From contig CAYVBE010000005.1 in NCBI GenBank assembly GCA_964448935.1, positions 1 to 53,480 on the forward strand: a DNA stretch of 53,480 nt, given 5' to 3'. Source of the DNA: an uncultured candidatus Brocadiaceae bacterium (GTDB taxonomy: Bacteria > Planctomycetota > Brocadiia > SM23-32). The translations under genes were made by a program, and so were the position numbers. The notes below the pieces were generated by a model, which saw only the letters and a program-made list of their open reading frames with translations, searched no databases and was not told the origin of the DNA. This document shows positions 9,669-18,978 of the stretch, one piece after another. Positions within the stretch are counted from its first letter, which is position 1; each line of letters opens with the position of its first letter.

Positions 9669-9742
9669 GCTATCATGTATAAAAGATGGGAATTCAACTC
9701 CCCGCGCCGGATGTCTCTCTCATACCGAAAGGGGTATGGAAA

Positions 9743-11251
9743 ATGAGGAGAGTTCTGGTTGCCATCCTGCTGCTGATGTCGCTGGCCGTCAGTGCCGCGG
9801 AATACGACCTGCCGAAGGGGCCCTGCCCCTCAGCCCCGCCGGGCAATCCACAACGCCGCAAAGGCGGCGAGAGTTTCCCGCCCCTGCCGCTTCCGGCCAC
9901 GCCCCTCCGGCGCACCGAGAAGAAACGCCCGCCCGCGCCGCCCCCGCTGGTCGCCAAGATCCAATACGGCGACGTGCGCGAGGCGACTTACGGCGACAAG
10001 ACCGTGCGCTACCATGACTGGAACAAGGACCCGGGCGACATCCCCATGCTGGTTCGGCTGGCCAACCAGGCGCTCAAGGTGCGCTACGGCCACAAGCGCG
10101 GGCCGCTGGAGGCATTCGAACCCGATCCGTCCCAGTGCCCCATATGGTACTACACCGGCAGCGACGATTTTGCCCTGGCCGGCGCCGAGGTGGCCCGCCT
10201 GCGAGAATTCGTCCAGAACGGCGGCACCGTCTGGGGCGACACCTGCTTCGGCGATCCCGAGTTTTTCCAGGCATTCATGCGGGAGATGAACCGCGTGCTG
10301 CCCGGCCACCGCTGGCGACGCCTGAGCGCCGAGCATGCCCTGTTCCACTGCTATTACGACATCAGCGAGGTCGAATATACGCGTGGCGTTCCGGATGCCG
10401 AAAGCGGCCGGGGCGAGCCCGTCTTCCTGGGGCTGGAACTCGGCGACCGCACGGCCATAATCCTCTCTCGCTACGACCTGAGCTGCGGCTGGGACGGGCA
10501 CGTCCGGAAGGGAGCCCTCAGCGTGGCGCCCGAACAGGCGCGCCGCCTGGGCGTCAACATGATCGTCTACAGCCTGGCCACGTTCGAGCTGGCCCGATAC
10601 CAGAGCGTCGGCAAGGTCTACTACGAGGCGGAGGAGCGGGCGCGGGGTGACTTCGTGTTCGCCCAGGCGCGGCTGACCGACAACTGGGACACGCAGCCCA
10701 ACGCCATCGCCAACCTGCTGAAAGCCGTCTCCGCAGGGACCAGCGCCGAGGTCAAGTTCCAACGCCGGGCCGTGGACCTGGTCAGCGGGGAGCTTATGCA
10801 GTATCCCTTTCTCTATCTGACCGGACGCTATGACTTTACACTGGGCGAGGCGGAGGTCCAGGCGCTGCGGCGCTACCTGACCGGCGGCGGGTTCCTGCTG
10901 GCCACCCCCAGCGCTGGCAAGCGGGAGTTCGACGTGGCCTTCCGTCGCGAGATCGCCCGCGTTCTGCCCGGCAACGACCTGCAGAAACTCCCGGAGGACC
11001 ACTCCGCATACACCATCTTCCACAGCATCTCCGGAGTCAGCTACACCGACTACCTCGAGACGCTGGGCGAAAGCCCGCCGTCGCTCCCGCTGGAAGGGAT
11101 TGAACTCGGCGGGACCGTCTCCGTCATCTACTGCCCTTACGGCCTCGGAGGCGGCTGGCGGGGGTTTGACCATCCCTTCGCCCGCGCGGTGCAGCACCAG
11201 GACGCCCTCAGCCTGGGCGTCAACATCGTGCTGTATGCCATGACGCACTGA
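9743..11251 (+). CDS. Secreted tandem DUF4159 domain protein
   Basis: Signal peptide MRRVLVAILLL...SAA. Two similar halves, each with P..Y.TG...F.L...EV..LR.Y/F...GG, FxRE..RVLP, L..xH..F/Y, and A..LG.N...Y. Confidence 0.85.
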   Translation: MRRVLVAILLLMSLAVSAAEYDLPKGPCPSAPPGNPQRRKGGESFPPLPLPATPLRRTEKKRPPAPPPLVAKIQYGDVREATYGDKTVRYHDWNKDPGDIPMLVRLANQALKVRYGHKRGPLEAFEPDPSQCPIWYYTGSDDFALAGAEVARLREFVQNGGTVWGDTCFGDPEFFQAFMREMNRVLPGHRWRRLSAEHALFHCYYDISEVEYTRGVPDAESGRGEPVFLGLELGDRTAIILSRYDLSCGWDGHVRKGALSVAPEQARRLGVNMIVYSLATFELARYQSVGKVYYEAEERARGDFVFAQARLTDNWDTQPNAIANLLKAVSAGTSAEVKFQRRAVDLVSGELMQYPFLYLTGRYDFTLGEAEVQALRRYLTGGGFLLATPSAGKREFDVAFRREIARVLPGNDLQKLPEDHSAYTIFHSISGVSYTDYLETLGESPPSLPLEGIELGGTVSVIYCPYGLGGGWRGFDHPFARAVQHQDALSLGVNIVLYAMTH

Positions 11252-11312
11252 CGGCCCGGTCCGATGCCCGCTCAGGGCAGCGCCGCAGCATTTTGCTGGG
11301 AGACCATCCACG

Positions 11313-12386
11313 TTGGCCAACGGCAGACCGAGCGGAACACGACAGAGACAGCGGCGCGAGCGCGACGCCCGGCTGGTCGAAAGGCTGGGCGCCCTGCGCG
11401 ATACGCTGCTGACCGAGATCAAAAAGGTCATCATCGGCCAGGAGAAGGTCCTGGAGCAGATTCTGGTCACCCTCTTCTGCCGGGGCCACTGCCTGGTGAT
11501 CGGCGTGCCCGGCCTGGCCAAAACGCTCATCGTGCGCACCCTGGCCAGCGCACTGCGCCTGGACTTCAAGCGCATCCAGTTCACCCCGGACCTGATGCCC
11601 AGCGACATCACCGGCACGGAGATACTGGACATCAAACCCGGCACGCAGGAGCGGGATTTCCGCTTCGTGCCCGGCCCCATCTTCACCAACATCCTGCTGG
11701 CCGACGAGATCAACCGCACGCCTCCCAAAACCCAGGCCGCGCTGCTGGAGTCCATGCAGGAATACAGTGTGACGGTGGCCGGGGAGACGCATCAGATCCG
11801 GCAGCCGTTCTTCGTGCTGGCCACCCAGAACCCCATCGAGCAGGAGGGCACCTACCCCCTGCCGGAGGCCCAGCTCGACCGGTTCATGCTGAATATCCTG
11901 ATTGACTACCCCAGCCGGGAAGAGGAAATCCGCATCTTCAAGGTCACCACCACGGACTCCCTGCCGGAACCTGACCCCGTGATGGACGGCCGGCAGATAA
12001 AGCAGATCCAGGAGATCGTCCGGCGCATGCCCGTCAGCGACCACGTGCTGGGCTACGTGGCCAGCCTGGTGCGCGCCACGCGGCCGAGCTGCCGGGAGGC
12101 GCCCGAGTTCACGCGCAGCTACGTCGAATGGGGCGCCGGTCCGCGCGCCGGGCAATACCTGGTGCTGGGCGCCAAGGCGCTGGCCATCATTGACGGCCGC
12201 TTCAACGTCTCCTGCTCCGACGTGCGCGCCGTCGCCCATCCCGTGCTGCGGCACCGCATCTTCACCAACTTCAACGCCGACAGCGAAGGCATAGACGTCG
12301 AGGATGTCATTGACCACCTCCTGGAGACCATCCGCGAGCCGGACGAGCAGGCATACGCCCACAGAGGGCGCAGCGGAGGGGAGTAG
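11313..12386 (+). CDS. moxR: MoxR-family AAA+ ATPase
   Basis: GVPGLAKT Walker A, RIQFTPDLMPSDITG, LLADEINR Walker B, ATQNPIEQEGTYPLPEAQLDRF. Confidence 0.97.
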   Translation: MANGRPSGTRQRQRRERDARLVERLGALRDTLLTEIKKVIIGQEKVLEQILVTLFCRGHCLVIGVPGLAKTLIVRTLASALRLDFKRIQFTPDLMPSDITGTEILDIKPGTQERDFRFVPGPIFTNILLADEINRTPPKTQAALLESMQEYSVTVAGETHQIRQPFFVLATQNPIEQEGTYPLPEAQLDRFMLNILIDYPSREEEIRIFKVTTTDSLPEPDPVMDGRQIKQIQEIVRRMPVSDHVLGYVASLVRATRPSCREAPEFTRSYVEWGAGPRAGQYLVLGAKALAIIDGRFNVSCSDVRAVAHPVLRHRIFTNFNADSEGIDVEDVIDHLLETIREPDEQAYAHRGRSGGE

Positions 12387-12410
12387 CCCGGTGGGTGCAC
12401 ACGCCACAAG

Positions 12411-13325
12411 TTGAGCAACTCCACGATGCGCGCCGCCTTCAGGAGCAAGTTCTACGACCCCCAGAAGCTGGCCCGTATCAAAAACCTCCAGCTTCTGGCC
12501 CGCACCGTCGTCGAGGGCTACATCAGCGGCCTTCACAGGAGCCCCTTCAAGGGCTTCAGCTCCGAGTTCGCCGAATACCGCGAATACATGCCCGGCGACG
12601 ACCTGAAGCACTTCGACTGGCGCGTCTTCGCCCGCACCGACAAACGCTACGTGCGCCAGTACGAGGAGGAGACCAACCTGACCTGCACCCTCCTGCTGGA
12701 CGCCAGCGGCTCGATGCAGTTCGGCGAAGAAGAACTCACCAAATTCGACTACGCCCGCTACCTGGCCGCCGCCCTGACCTACCTGATGATCCAGCAGCGG
12801 GACCAGGTCGGCCTGGTCCTGTTTGGCAAGGAGGTGCGCAGCCGCATCCCGGCCCGCAACAGCCCCGGCCACATGAAGTTTATGCTGGAGCAGATAGAGA
12901 AGGTCGAGGCCGAGGGAGAGACGGGCATCGCGCCCTGCCTGCACGCCATCGCCGAGAGCACCACCCGCCGCGGCCTCGTCATCGTCATCAGCGACTTGAT
13001 TGACGATCAGGACGAGGTGATGAACGCGCTCAATCACTTCCGCCACGACCGCAACGAGGTGATCGTGTTCAACGTCTTTCACCCGGCCGAGCGCGACCTG
13101 CCCTACGACGGGTTGGTGGAGCTTCTGGACCTGGAAACAGGCCGCACGATGCAGGTGCGCGCCGACGTGGTCCGGCAGGAATACCAGAGCAAGTTCCAGG
13201 ATTTCATCCGCCGTTACCAGGCCGAATGCGCCGCCGCGCGCATAGACTACCAGCTCGTGACAACCGACCTGCCGTTCGAACTGATGCTGGCATCGTACCT
13301 GAACCGACGCGAGAAGTACCGCTGA
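12411..13325 (+). CDS. DUF58 (VWA-like) protein
   Basis: G.HRS...G.SSEFAEYREY.PGDD....DW...AR.D..YVR.YEEETN, LLDASGSM, VISD. Confidence 0.95.
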   Translation: MSNSTMRAAFRSKFYDPQKLARIKNLQLLARTVVEGYISGLHRSPFKGFSSEFAEYREYMPGDDLKHFDWRVFARTDKRYVRQYEEETNLTCTLLLDASGSMQFGEEELTKFDYARYLAAALTYLMIQQRDQVGLVLFGKEVRSRIPARNSPGHMKFMLEQIEKVEAEGETGIAPCLHAIAESTTRRGLVIVISDLIDDQDEVMNALNHFRHDRNEVIVFNVFHPAERDLPYDGLVELLDLETGRTMQVRADVVRQEYQSKFQDFIRRYQAECAAARIDYQLVTTDLPFELMLASYLNRREKYR

Positions 13326-13342
13326 GCCCCCCGGGGTAGCCT

Positions 13343-15424
13343 ATGACATACCTGCACCTGTTCTGGGCCTCGCTGGCCATACCGGTCATCATACACCTGG
13401 TGTACCGCCGCAAGGCCCGGCGCATCCCGTTCAGCACGCTACGCTTCGTCCAGATGGTGGACCAGCGGGTGGCCCGGCGCCACAGGCTGAAGGAGCTTCT
13501 CCTGCTGGCGCTGCGCATCCTGCTCCTGGCCGCCCTCATCGGGGCGCTCTACCGGCCCATCGTCCGCTCCGAGACCTTCCGCGGCGAGAACGTGCCCGCC
13601 GCCGCGGCCGTCGTGCTGGACAACACCTACTCGATGCGGGCCGTCCACGAGGGCATGGCGCGCTTCGACCGCGCCACGGGGGCCGCCGCCGAGATACTCT
13701 CCGGCCTGCAGCACGGCGACTCCGCATCCCTCGTCCTGTTCGACGATCCGGACGACGCCCCCGTGGAGTTCACCACCGGCCTTTCCAGCCTGGCCGCCCG
13801 CCTCGACTCTATGGAGTGCGGCTACGGGACCGCGCCCGCCACCGGCGCGCTCGGACGCGCACTGAAGGGCCTGGCCCGGAGCCGCCAGCCCGAGAAGGAG
13901 CTTTACGTTATCAGCGATTTCCAGCGCCTTTCCTGGACCAACGCCGTGCGCGAACTCAGCAATCTGAACCCGGACATGCCCGTATACCTGATTGACGCCG
14001 GCGGCCCCATGGGCGAGAACCTGAGCCTGGAAACCGCCGAGTTCGGCCTCAACGTGCAGGTCGCCGGCGCCGCCTCGGAGGTGCTCTGCACCGTGGCCAA
14101 TACCGGCCCGGAGAACATGAACAAGAAGCTGACGCTGGCGGTCAACGGTGAGAAGACCGCCGAAGAGCAGGTGGCCCTGGCCCCCGGCGCGCGCATGGGC
14201 GCGGTGTTGCGGCACGTGTTCGGGCGGACCGGCGACGTCGGCCTGGAGGCCCGGCTGGAGCCCGATGCCCTGCTGGCGGACAACGCCCGCTACATCGCGG
14301 CAAAGGTGCGCGAAGAATTGCCCGTGCTGCTGGTGAACGGCGACCCGTCGGCCGCCGCATTCCTGGACGAGACCACCTACGCCCGACTGGCGCTGGAGGC
14401 CCCGGCGCCCGGCGGCACCGCCCTCTCGCCCCTGCAGGTCCACACCGTGACGACCGCCGAGCTGCCGCGGGTCAGGCTGGCCGATTACGCCTGCGTGCTG
14501 CTCGCCAACGTTCCGCGCTTCTCGGAGCAGGCGGCCGCCGCGCTCGGCCGCTACGTCCGGGACGGCGGAGGTCTCATCGTGTTCATGGGCGACCGCGTGG
14601 ACGTGGCTTCCTACAACACGGCCCTGGGCGCGGACCTGCTGCCGGGCGTCCTGGGACGCGCGCAGGAAGACCCCGACGGCGCGTCCCTGAGCCACATCAA
14701 CCGGACGCACCCCGTCTTCTACAGCCTCTCCGAGCACATCAACACCCGCCGGGTGCGCGTGGAGCGCAGCCTCGCCGTGGAACCAACGGAGGACGCCGCG
14801 GTGCTCGCAACCACGGCCATTGGCCCCCTGCTGCTGGAGAAGAGCGCCGGGGCCGGCATCGTGCTGCTGTGCGCCACGGCAGCGGACATGGATTGGAGCA
14901 ACCTGCCGGCGCGGCCGTTCTACCTGCCGCTGCTCCACCAGATGGTCTACTACTCAGGCCGGCCGGCGGAGCGCGCCGCCGACGTGACCGTTGGTATGCC
15001 GTACGTGCTGAGGCTGCCCCGGACGAAGGACGGGCCGGAGGTCTTCTTCTACGGACCGGGGGACGATGAGGAGCCCCTGGCGGTCCTGAAGCCCGGGGGC
15101 GGCGAGCAGCCGCAGATCGTCTTCCCGAACACCGCCCTTCCCGGCATCTATCGGGCGGTCTACTCCCTGGATGGCGAGCAGCAGCGGCGCCTCTTCGCCG
15201 TTAACGTGGACGTGGCCGAGAGCCAGTTCGACCGCGTTGCGCCGGAAGAGGTGGCCGAGATGCTGCAGACCGGACAGGCGCGGGTCGTCAGCGAGCCGAA
15301 GAACCTGGGGCAGGTCGTCAAACGCCGGCGGCGCGGGCTGCCCCTGTGGAACTACCTGTTCGCCGCGGCCATCGTCCTGGCCGTCGCCGAGAGCTACGTG
15401 GGAAACGCACTCATCAAACGTTGA
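13343..15424 (+). CDS. BatA N-terminal plus VWA domain membrane protein
   Basis: AIPVIIHL..RR....IPFSTLRF...LLL.LR (BatA), VLDNTYSM and VISDFQ (VWA), Ig-like and GATase-like segments, WSNLP..P.Y.P, C-terminal LW..L.....L..AE TM. Confidence 0.9.
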   Translation: MTYLHLFWASLAIPVIIHLVYRRKARRIPFSTLRFVQMVDQRVARRHRLKELLLLALRILLLAALIGALYRPIVRSETFRGENVPAAAAVVLDNTYSMRAVHEGMARFDRATGAAAEILSGLQHGDSASLVLFDDPDDAPVEFTTGLSSLAARLDSMECGYGTAPATGALGRALKGLARSRQPEKELYVISDFQRLSWTNAVRELSNLNPDMPVYLIDAGGPMGENLSLETAEFGLNVQVAGAASEVLCTVANTGPENMNKKLTLAVNGEKTAEEQVALAPGARMGAVLRHVFGRTGDVGLEARLEPDALLADNARYIAAKVREELPVLLVNGDPSAAAFLDETTYARLALEAPAPGGTALSPLQVHTVTTAELPRVRLADYACVLLANVPRFSEQAAAALGRYVRDGGGLIVFMGDRVDVASYNTALGADLLPGVLGRAQEDPDGASLSHINRTHPVFYSLSEHINTRRVRVERSLAVEPTEDAAVLATTAIGPLLLEKSAGAGIVLLCATAADMDWSNLPARPFYLPLLHQMVYYSGRPAERAADVTVGMPYVLRLPRTKDGPEVFFYGPGDDEEPLAVLKPGGGEQPQIVFPNTALPGIYRAVYSLDGEQQRRLFAVNVDVAESQFDRVAPEEVAEMLQTGQARVVSEPKNLGQVVKRRRRGLPLWNYLFAAAIVLAVAESYVGNALIKR

Positions 15425-15446
15425 AAGGCCTTTCGAGGGGAGAACT

Positions 15447-17762
15447 ATGAAGGACTGGGAGGTGGCATTCACGGGCGAGTGGCCGGCGCTGCTGGTGGTC
15501 TGCGGCGCCCTGGCCGCCGTCGTGGTGACCCTCCTTTTCTACCGCCGGAAGCGCGAGAAACTCTCCGCGCGGGCGCTCAAGGTCCTCTCCGGCCTGCGCG
15601 CCGCCGCCATCGTGGCGCTGGCAGTCTGCATGTTGCAGCCCGTGCTGCGGTTCACCCTGACGCAGGCGTCGCAGACCTCGGTTGCCGTGCTGGTGGACAT
15701 CTCGGAGAGCATGGAGATCCAGGACGCCGCCGGCGGAGACTCGCGCCTGGAGGCGGCAAAGTCGCTGCTGCTCGATGAGCCCTCCCGGATGCTGCCGGCG
15801 CTCAAGCGCGTGCAGGAGACCCGGCTCTACACATTCGGCGCGGTCACGGGCGAGGTGGCCGACCCCGAGGACCTCCGCGAGGCGCGGCCCGACCAAAAGG
15901 CCACCGCGCTGGGCGAGGCGCTGAAGGACATCGTCCGCCAGGTCGGCCAGTCCAACGTCTCCGCCCTGGTGCTGATGAGCGACGGCGTCTCCACGCAGGG
16001 CGAGGAACCGGAGGCGGCGGCCCGCACGCTGGGCGTGCCCATATTCCCCGTGGTGCTGGGCGGGCGGCTGGTGGAAGAAGGCCGCTTCCGGGACGTGGGC
16101 ATCGTGTCGGTGCCGCAGAATCCGGAGTTCATCGTCAACAACAAAGCCACCCTCGCGATCGAGGTCTCCGGTGTGGGACTGGGCGCCCTGACCGAGGAGG
16201 AACGCGAGATGCCGCTCCTTCTGGAAACCGAGGACGGCGAGGCGCTGGCGGAGACGGCGGTGAACATGCCCGCCCGCGACGGCGCCGTGCGGGTGGAGCT
16301 GGAATTCGTGCCGGACCGGGTGGGCATCCGCCGCGTCCGGGCGCGCCTGCCCGAGCTGGCAGACGAGACCATAAAGGAAAATAACTCCCGCTCGTTCACC
16401 ATCCAGGTCACCGACCCGCGCATCCGTGTCCTCATGGTCGAGGGCACGGTGCGCAGCGAATACCGCTTCCTGCGCCGGGTGCTGGAGAGCGATCCCAACC
16501 TGGAGGTCAGTTCCGTGGTTAAGCTCAGCGGCAAGCGCTTCCTGGCGCAGGGCGTGCAGCCGGGCGTGGACCTGAGCCGCGGGCTGCCCGCACAGGCCGA
16601 GGACTACCAGGAGTTCGACGTGGTCGCACTCGGGGACACAGGCCACGAGGAGTTCACCGGAGTCCAGCTCGAGCTGCTCAAGGGCTTCGTGGACGAGGGC
16701 GGCGGACTGCTGGCCATGGGCGGCTACCAGGCTTTCGGCGCGGGGGGCTACGCGGACAGCGCTCTGGCGGACGTCCTGCCCGTCACCATGGGCGGTGAGG
16801 GCGACGGCCACGCCGAGGAGCCCTTCGACCCCAGCATGACCGCCGGGGGGAACGTTCACCCCGTTCTGGACGGCTGCGCCCCGTTCTTCCGCGGGGAGAA
16901 CCGCGTCAGCCTGGACGGCGCCAACCGCGTGACGGGCCTCAAGCCCGGCGCGGACGCCCTGCTGGTCCACCCCATCGAGACCGTCGGGACGGAGCCCCTG
17001 CCGGTGCTGGCCGTCCAGACCTACGGCTCCGGACGCGTGCTGGCGTTCACGGCCGACACCACGTGGAAGTGGAAATTCCAGGTCGAGGCCACCGGGCGCA
17101 ACTCCCCTTATTACCGCCTCTGGCGGCAGTCCGTGCGCTGGCTGGCCGGGCGCGACGTATCCGAAATGGCGCCGGACCAGCTCGTGCGCGCATGGCCCGC
17201 GCGGGTGGAATACGAACCCGATGATGTGGTGGTCTTCAACGCACAGGTCCGCAACCGCGCAAAGCAGCCCGAGGAAAACGCCGCCGTGGATCTGCGGGTC
17301 ATCTACCCCGCACCTGTCAGACGCAGGACACCGGACGGAGAGGAGCGGCGGGAGAAAGAAGCCAGGGTCGAGCTTTCGCCCGTGCCGCTCAGCCTCGGCC
17401 GTTACCAGGGCATGTGGACGCCCCCCGTCAGCGGTCTCTACCACGCCACAGCGCAGGCGCGGCTGGACGGGGAATCCCTGGGGCAGGACAGCTTCGAATT
17501 CGTCGTGGGCCGCGCCGCCTCGGAGTTTGATCGCGTGGACGTAGCGGAGAGCGTGCTGCAGACCCTGGCCGCCCAGACCGGCGGCTCCTACCACACCCAG
17601 GCCAGCGCCGCCCGGATCCCCGACGAACTCGAACGCCGCCGGCGCACGGTGCTCCGCCACGAGAAGATCAACCCCTGGGACACCCCCTGGTGGTTCTTCG
17701 CCCTCTTCCTCTCCTGCATCGCCGCCGAATGGATCCTCCGCAAACGTCAGGGTCTGGACTGA
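15447..17762 (+). CDS. VWA plus glutamine-amidotransferase-like (GATase1_like) membrane protein
   Basis: Two N-terminal TMs, LVDISESM MIDAS, LMSDG, EYRFLRR.L..DP, GGGLL.MGG..AFG.GGY.., YG.GRVL.F..D.TW.W, C-terminal EWILRK. Confidence 0.88.
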   Translation: MKDWEVAFTGEWPALLVVCGALAAVVVTLLFYRRKREKLSARALKVLSGLRAAAIVALAVCMLQPVLRFTLTQASQTSVAVLVDISESMEIQDAAGGDSRLEAAKSLLLDEPSRMLPALKRVQETRLYTFGAVTGEVADPEDLREARPDQKATALGEALKDIVRQVGQSNVSALVLMSDGVSTQGEEPEAAARTLGVPIFPVVLGGRLVEEGRFRDVGIVSVPQNPEFIVNNKATLAIEVSGVGLGALTEEEREMPLLLETEDGEALAETAVNMPARDGAVRVELEFVPDRVGIRRVRARLPELADETIKENNSRSFTIQVTDPRIRVLMVEGTVRSEYRFLRRVLESDPNLEVSSVVKLSGKRFLAQGVQPGVDLSRGLPAQAEDYQEFDVVALGDTGHEEFTGVQLELLKGFVDEGGGLLAMGGYQAFGAGGYADSALADVLPVTMGGEGDGHAEEPFDPSMTAGGNVHPVLDGCAPFFRGENRVSLDGANRVTGLKPGADALLVHPIETVGTEPLPVLAVQTYGSGRVLAFTADTTWKWKFQVEATGRNSPYYRLWRQSVRWLAGRDVSEMAPDQLVRAWPARVEYEPDDVVVFNAQVRNRAKQPEENAAVDLRVIYPAPVRRRTPDGEERREKEARVELSPVPLSLGRYQGMWTPPVSGLYHATAQARLDGESLGQDSFEFVVGRAASEFDRVDVAESVLQTLAAQTGGSYHTQASAARIPDELERRRRTVLRHEKINPWDTPWWFFALFLSCIAAEWILRKRQGLD

Positions 17763-17781
17763 GCGCGCCCGGAATGCGGTT

Positions 17782-17810
17782 TTGGGGAGCGACGTTGGCC
17801 GTGATACAAT
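17782..17810 (+). promoter_or_regulatory. Possible internal promoter with extended -10
   Basis: TTGGGG-N17-TACAAT with a TGn extension, 10 nt before ATG 17821. Confidence 0.45.
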
Positions 17811-17820
17811 AAAGGGTGTG

Positions 17821-18978
17821 ATGAAGCGAGGAATACACTGGTGGTTTCTGGTCGGGCTGGTGCTCCTGGCGCGCGTTGCGGCGGGGGTGGAGAAGGTGCC
17901 GGCCGTCGTGGAGCTGAGCGACGGGAGCGCCCTCTCCGGAACCGTGTACATCCCCACCGACCGGTTCTACCTGTTCGATCCCGACGCCGAACGCCGCTAC
18001 AGCGTCCGTATCACGGAGATCAAATCGCTGGAGAACCGGATCGAGAATCAGAGCATGGAGGAGAAGTGGATGTTCCGGGAGAGCGGCCTGGACGACAAGG
18101 TGTACCTGGGGCGCTACTACCCCGTGCGCTACTACCGCACGAATATCACATTTCAGGATGGCCGCAGGCTGAGCGGTAACATGGTGGCCAAGACCCTCTA
18201 CGTGGAGACTGAGGAGGCGAGACACCGGTTCATACTGCGCCGCAAGCACGAGGGCGAGGAGGGTGAGGACCTGACGGACCTCGTCTATGTCCGTTCCATT
18301 GCCTTCGGCAAGGGTGGCGGCGTACGGGGAACGCTCGAGGGCACTCTGCACGTCCCGCGCGGGGAGGCGCTGAAAAAAGTGCTGCTGATCAACCGCGACA
18401 GTCTGTTTTCCGTCAATACGCCGTTCAATGCCCGCTCGGGCCATTTCCGGTCAGAGGGCTGCACCGAGGGGCGCTACGACATCGTCGCTGTTACGGACAA
18501 GGCTATCTACACGTATTTCAGCCGCGAGAAGGACGAAGAGGCCGCGCGTCTCCATACCGGGCAGGTCGCAACTATCCAGGCATGGGCCGATAAGCTGCGC
18601 GACTTTTTTCACAGTCAACGGATAGTCTACGGCGCGGGCAACGCCGAAAGGGCCTTCGTGCTGGTGTTCAAAGAGCGGCACGGCGGCACCACGCTGCGCG
18701 GGCTGGAACGACTGCACCGTTACGACATCTGGGCCACGCACAGGCCCAAAGAACAGTGGCAGATACTGAAGCGCTTCTACATCTGGCGGACCCCCAGCGA
18801 ACAGGCAGACCTGAAGCCGCTCGATATCGTGGCGCTGCCCTCGCTGGGAGGCTATAACATTGCGGAGGGCAACACCGAGATCGTCGTGGACGTCGAGTTG
18901 AGGCGCACGGAGGAACCGCTGATCCCGCCCACACCTCCGCCCGAGGAGGAGGACAAAGAAGATGGCGACCGAGGCTGA
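17821..18978 (+). CDS. Secreted hypothetical protein
   Basis: Signal peptide MKRGIHWWFLVGLVLLARVAA; long ORF; 3' end overlaps the next gene. No family recognised. Confidence 0.8.
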   Translation: MKRGIHWWFLVGLVLLARVAAGVEKVPAVVELSDGSALSGTVYIPTDRFYLFDPDAERRYSVRITEIKSLENRIENQSMEEKWMFRESGLDDKVYLGRYYPVRYYRTNITFQDGRRLSGNMVAKTLYVETEEARHRFILRRKHEGEEGEDLTDLVYVRSIAFGKGGGVRGTLEGTLHVPRGEALKKVLLINRDSLFSVNTPFNARSGHFRSEGCTEGRYDIVAVTDKAIYTYFSREKDEEAARLHTGQVATIQAWADKLRDFFHSQRIVYGAGNAERAFVLVFKERHGGTTLRGLERLHRYDIWATHRPKEQWQILKRFYIWRTPSEQADLKPLDIVALPSLGGYNIAEGNTEIVVDVELRRTEEPLIPPTPPPEEEDKEDGDRG

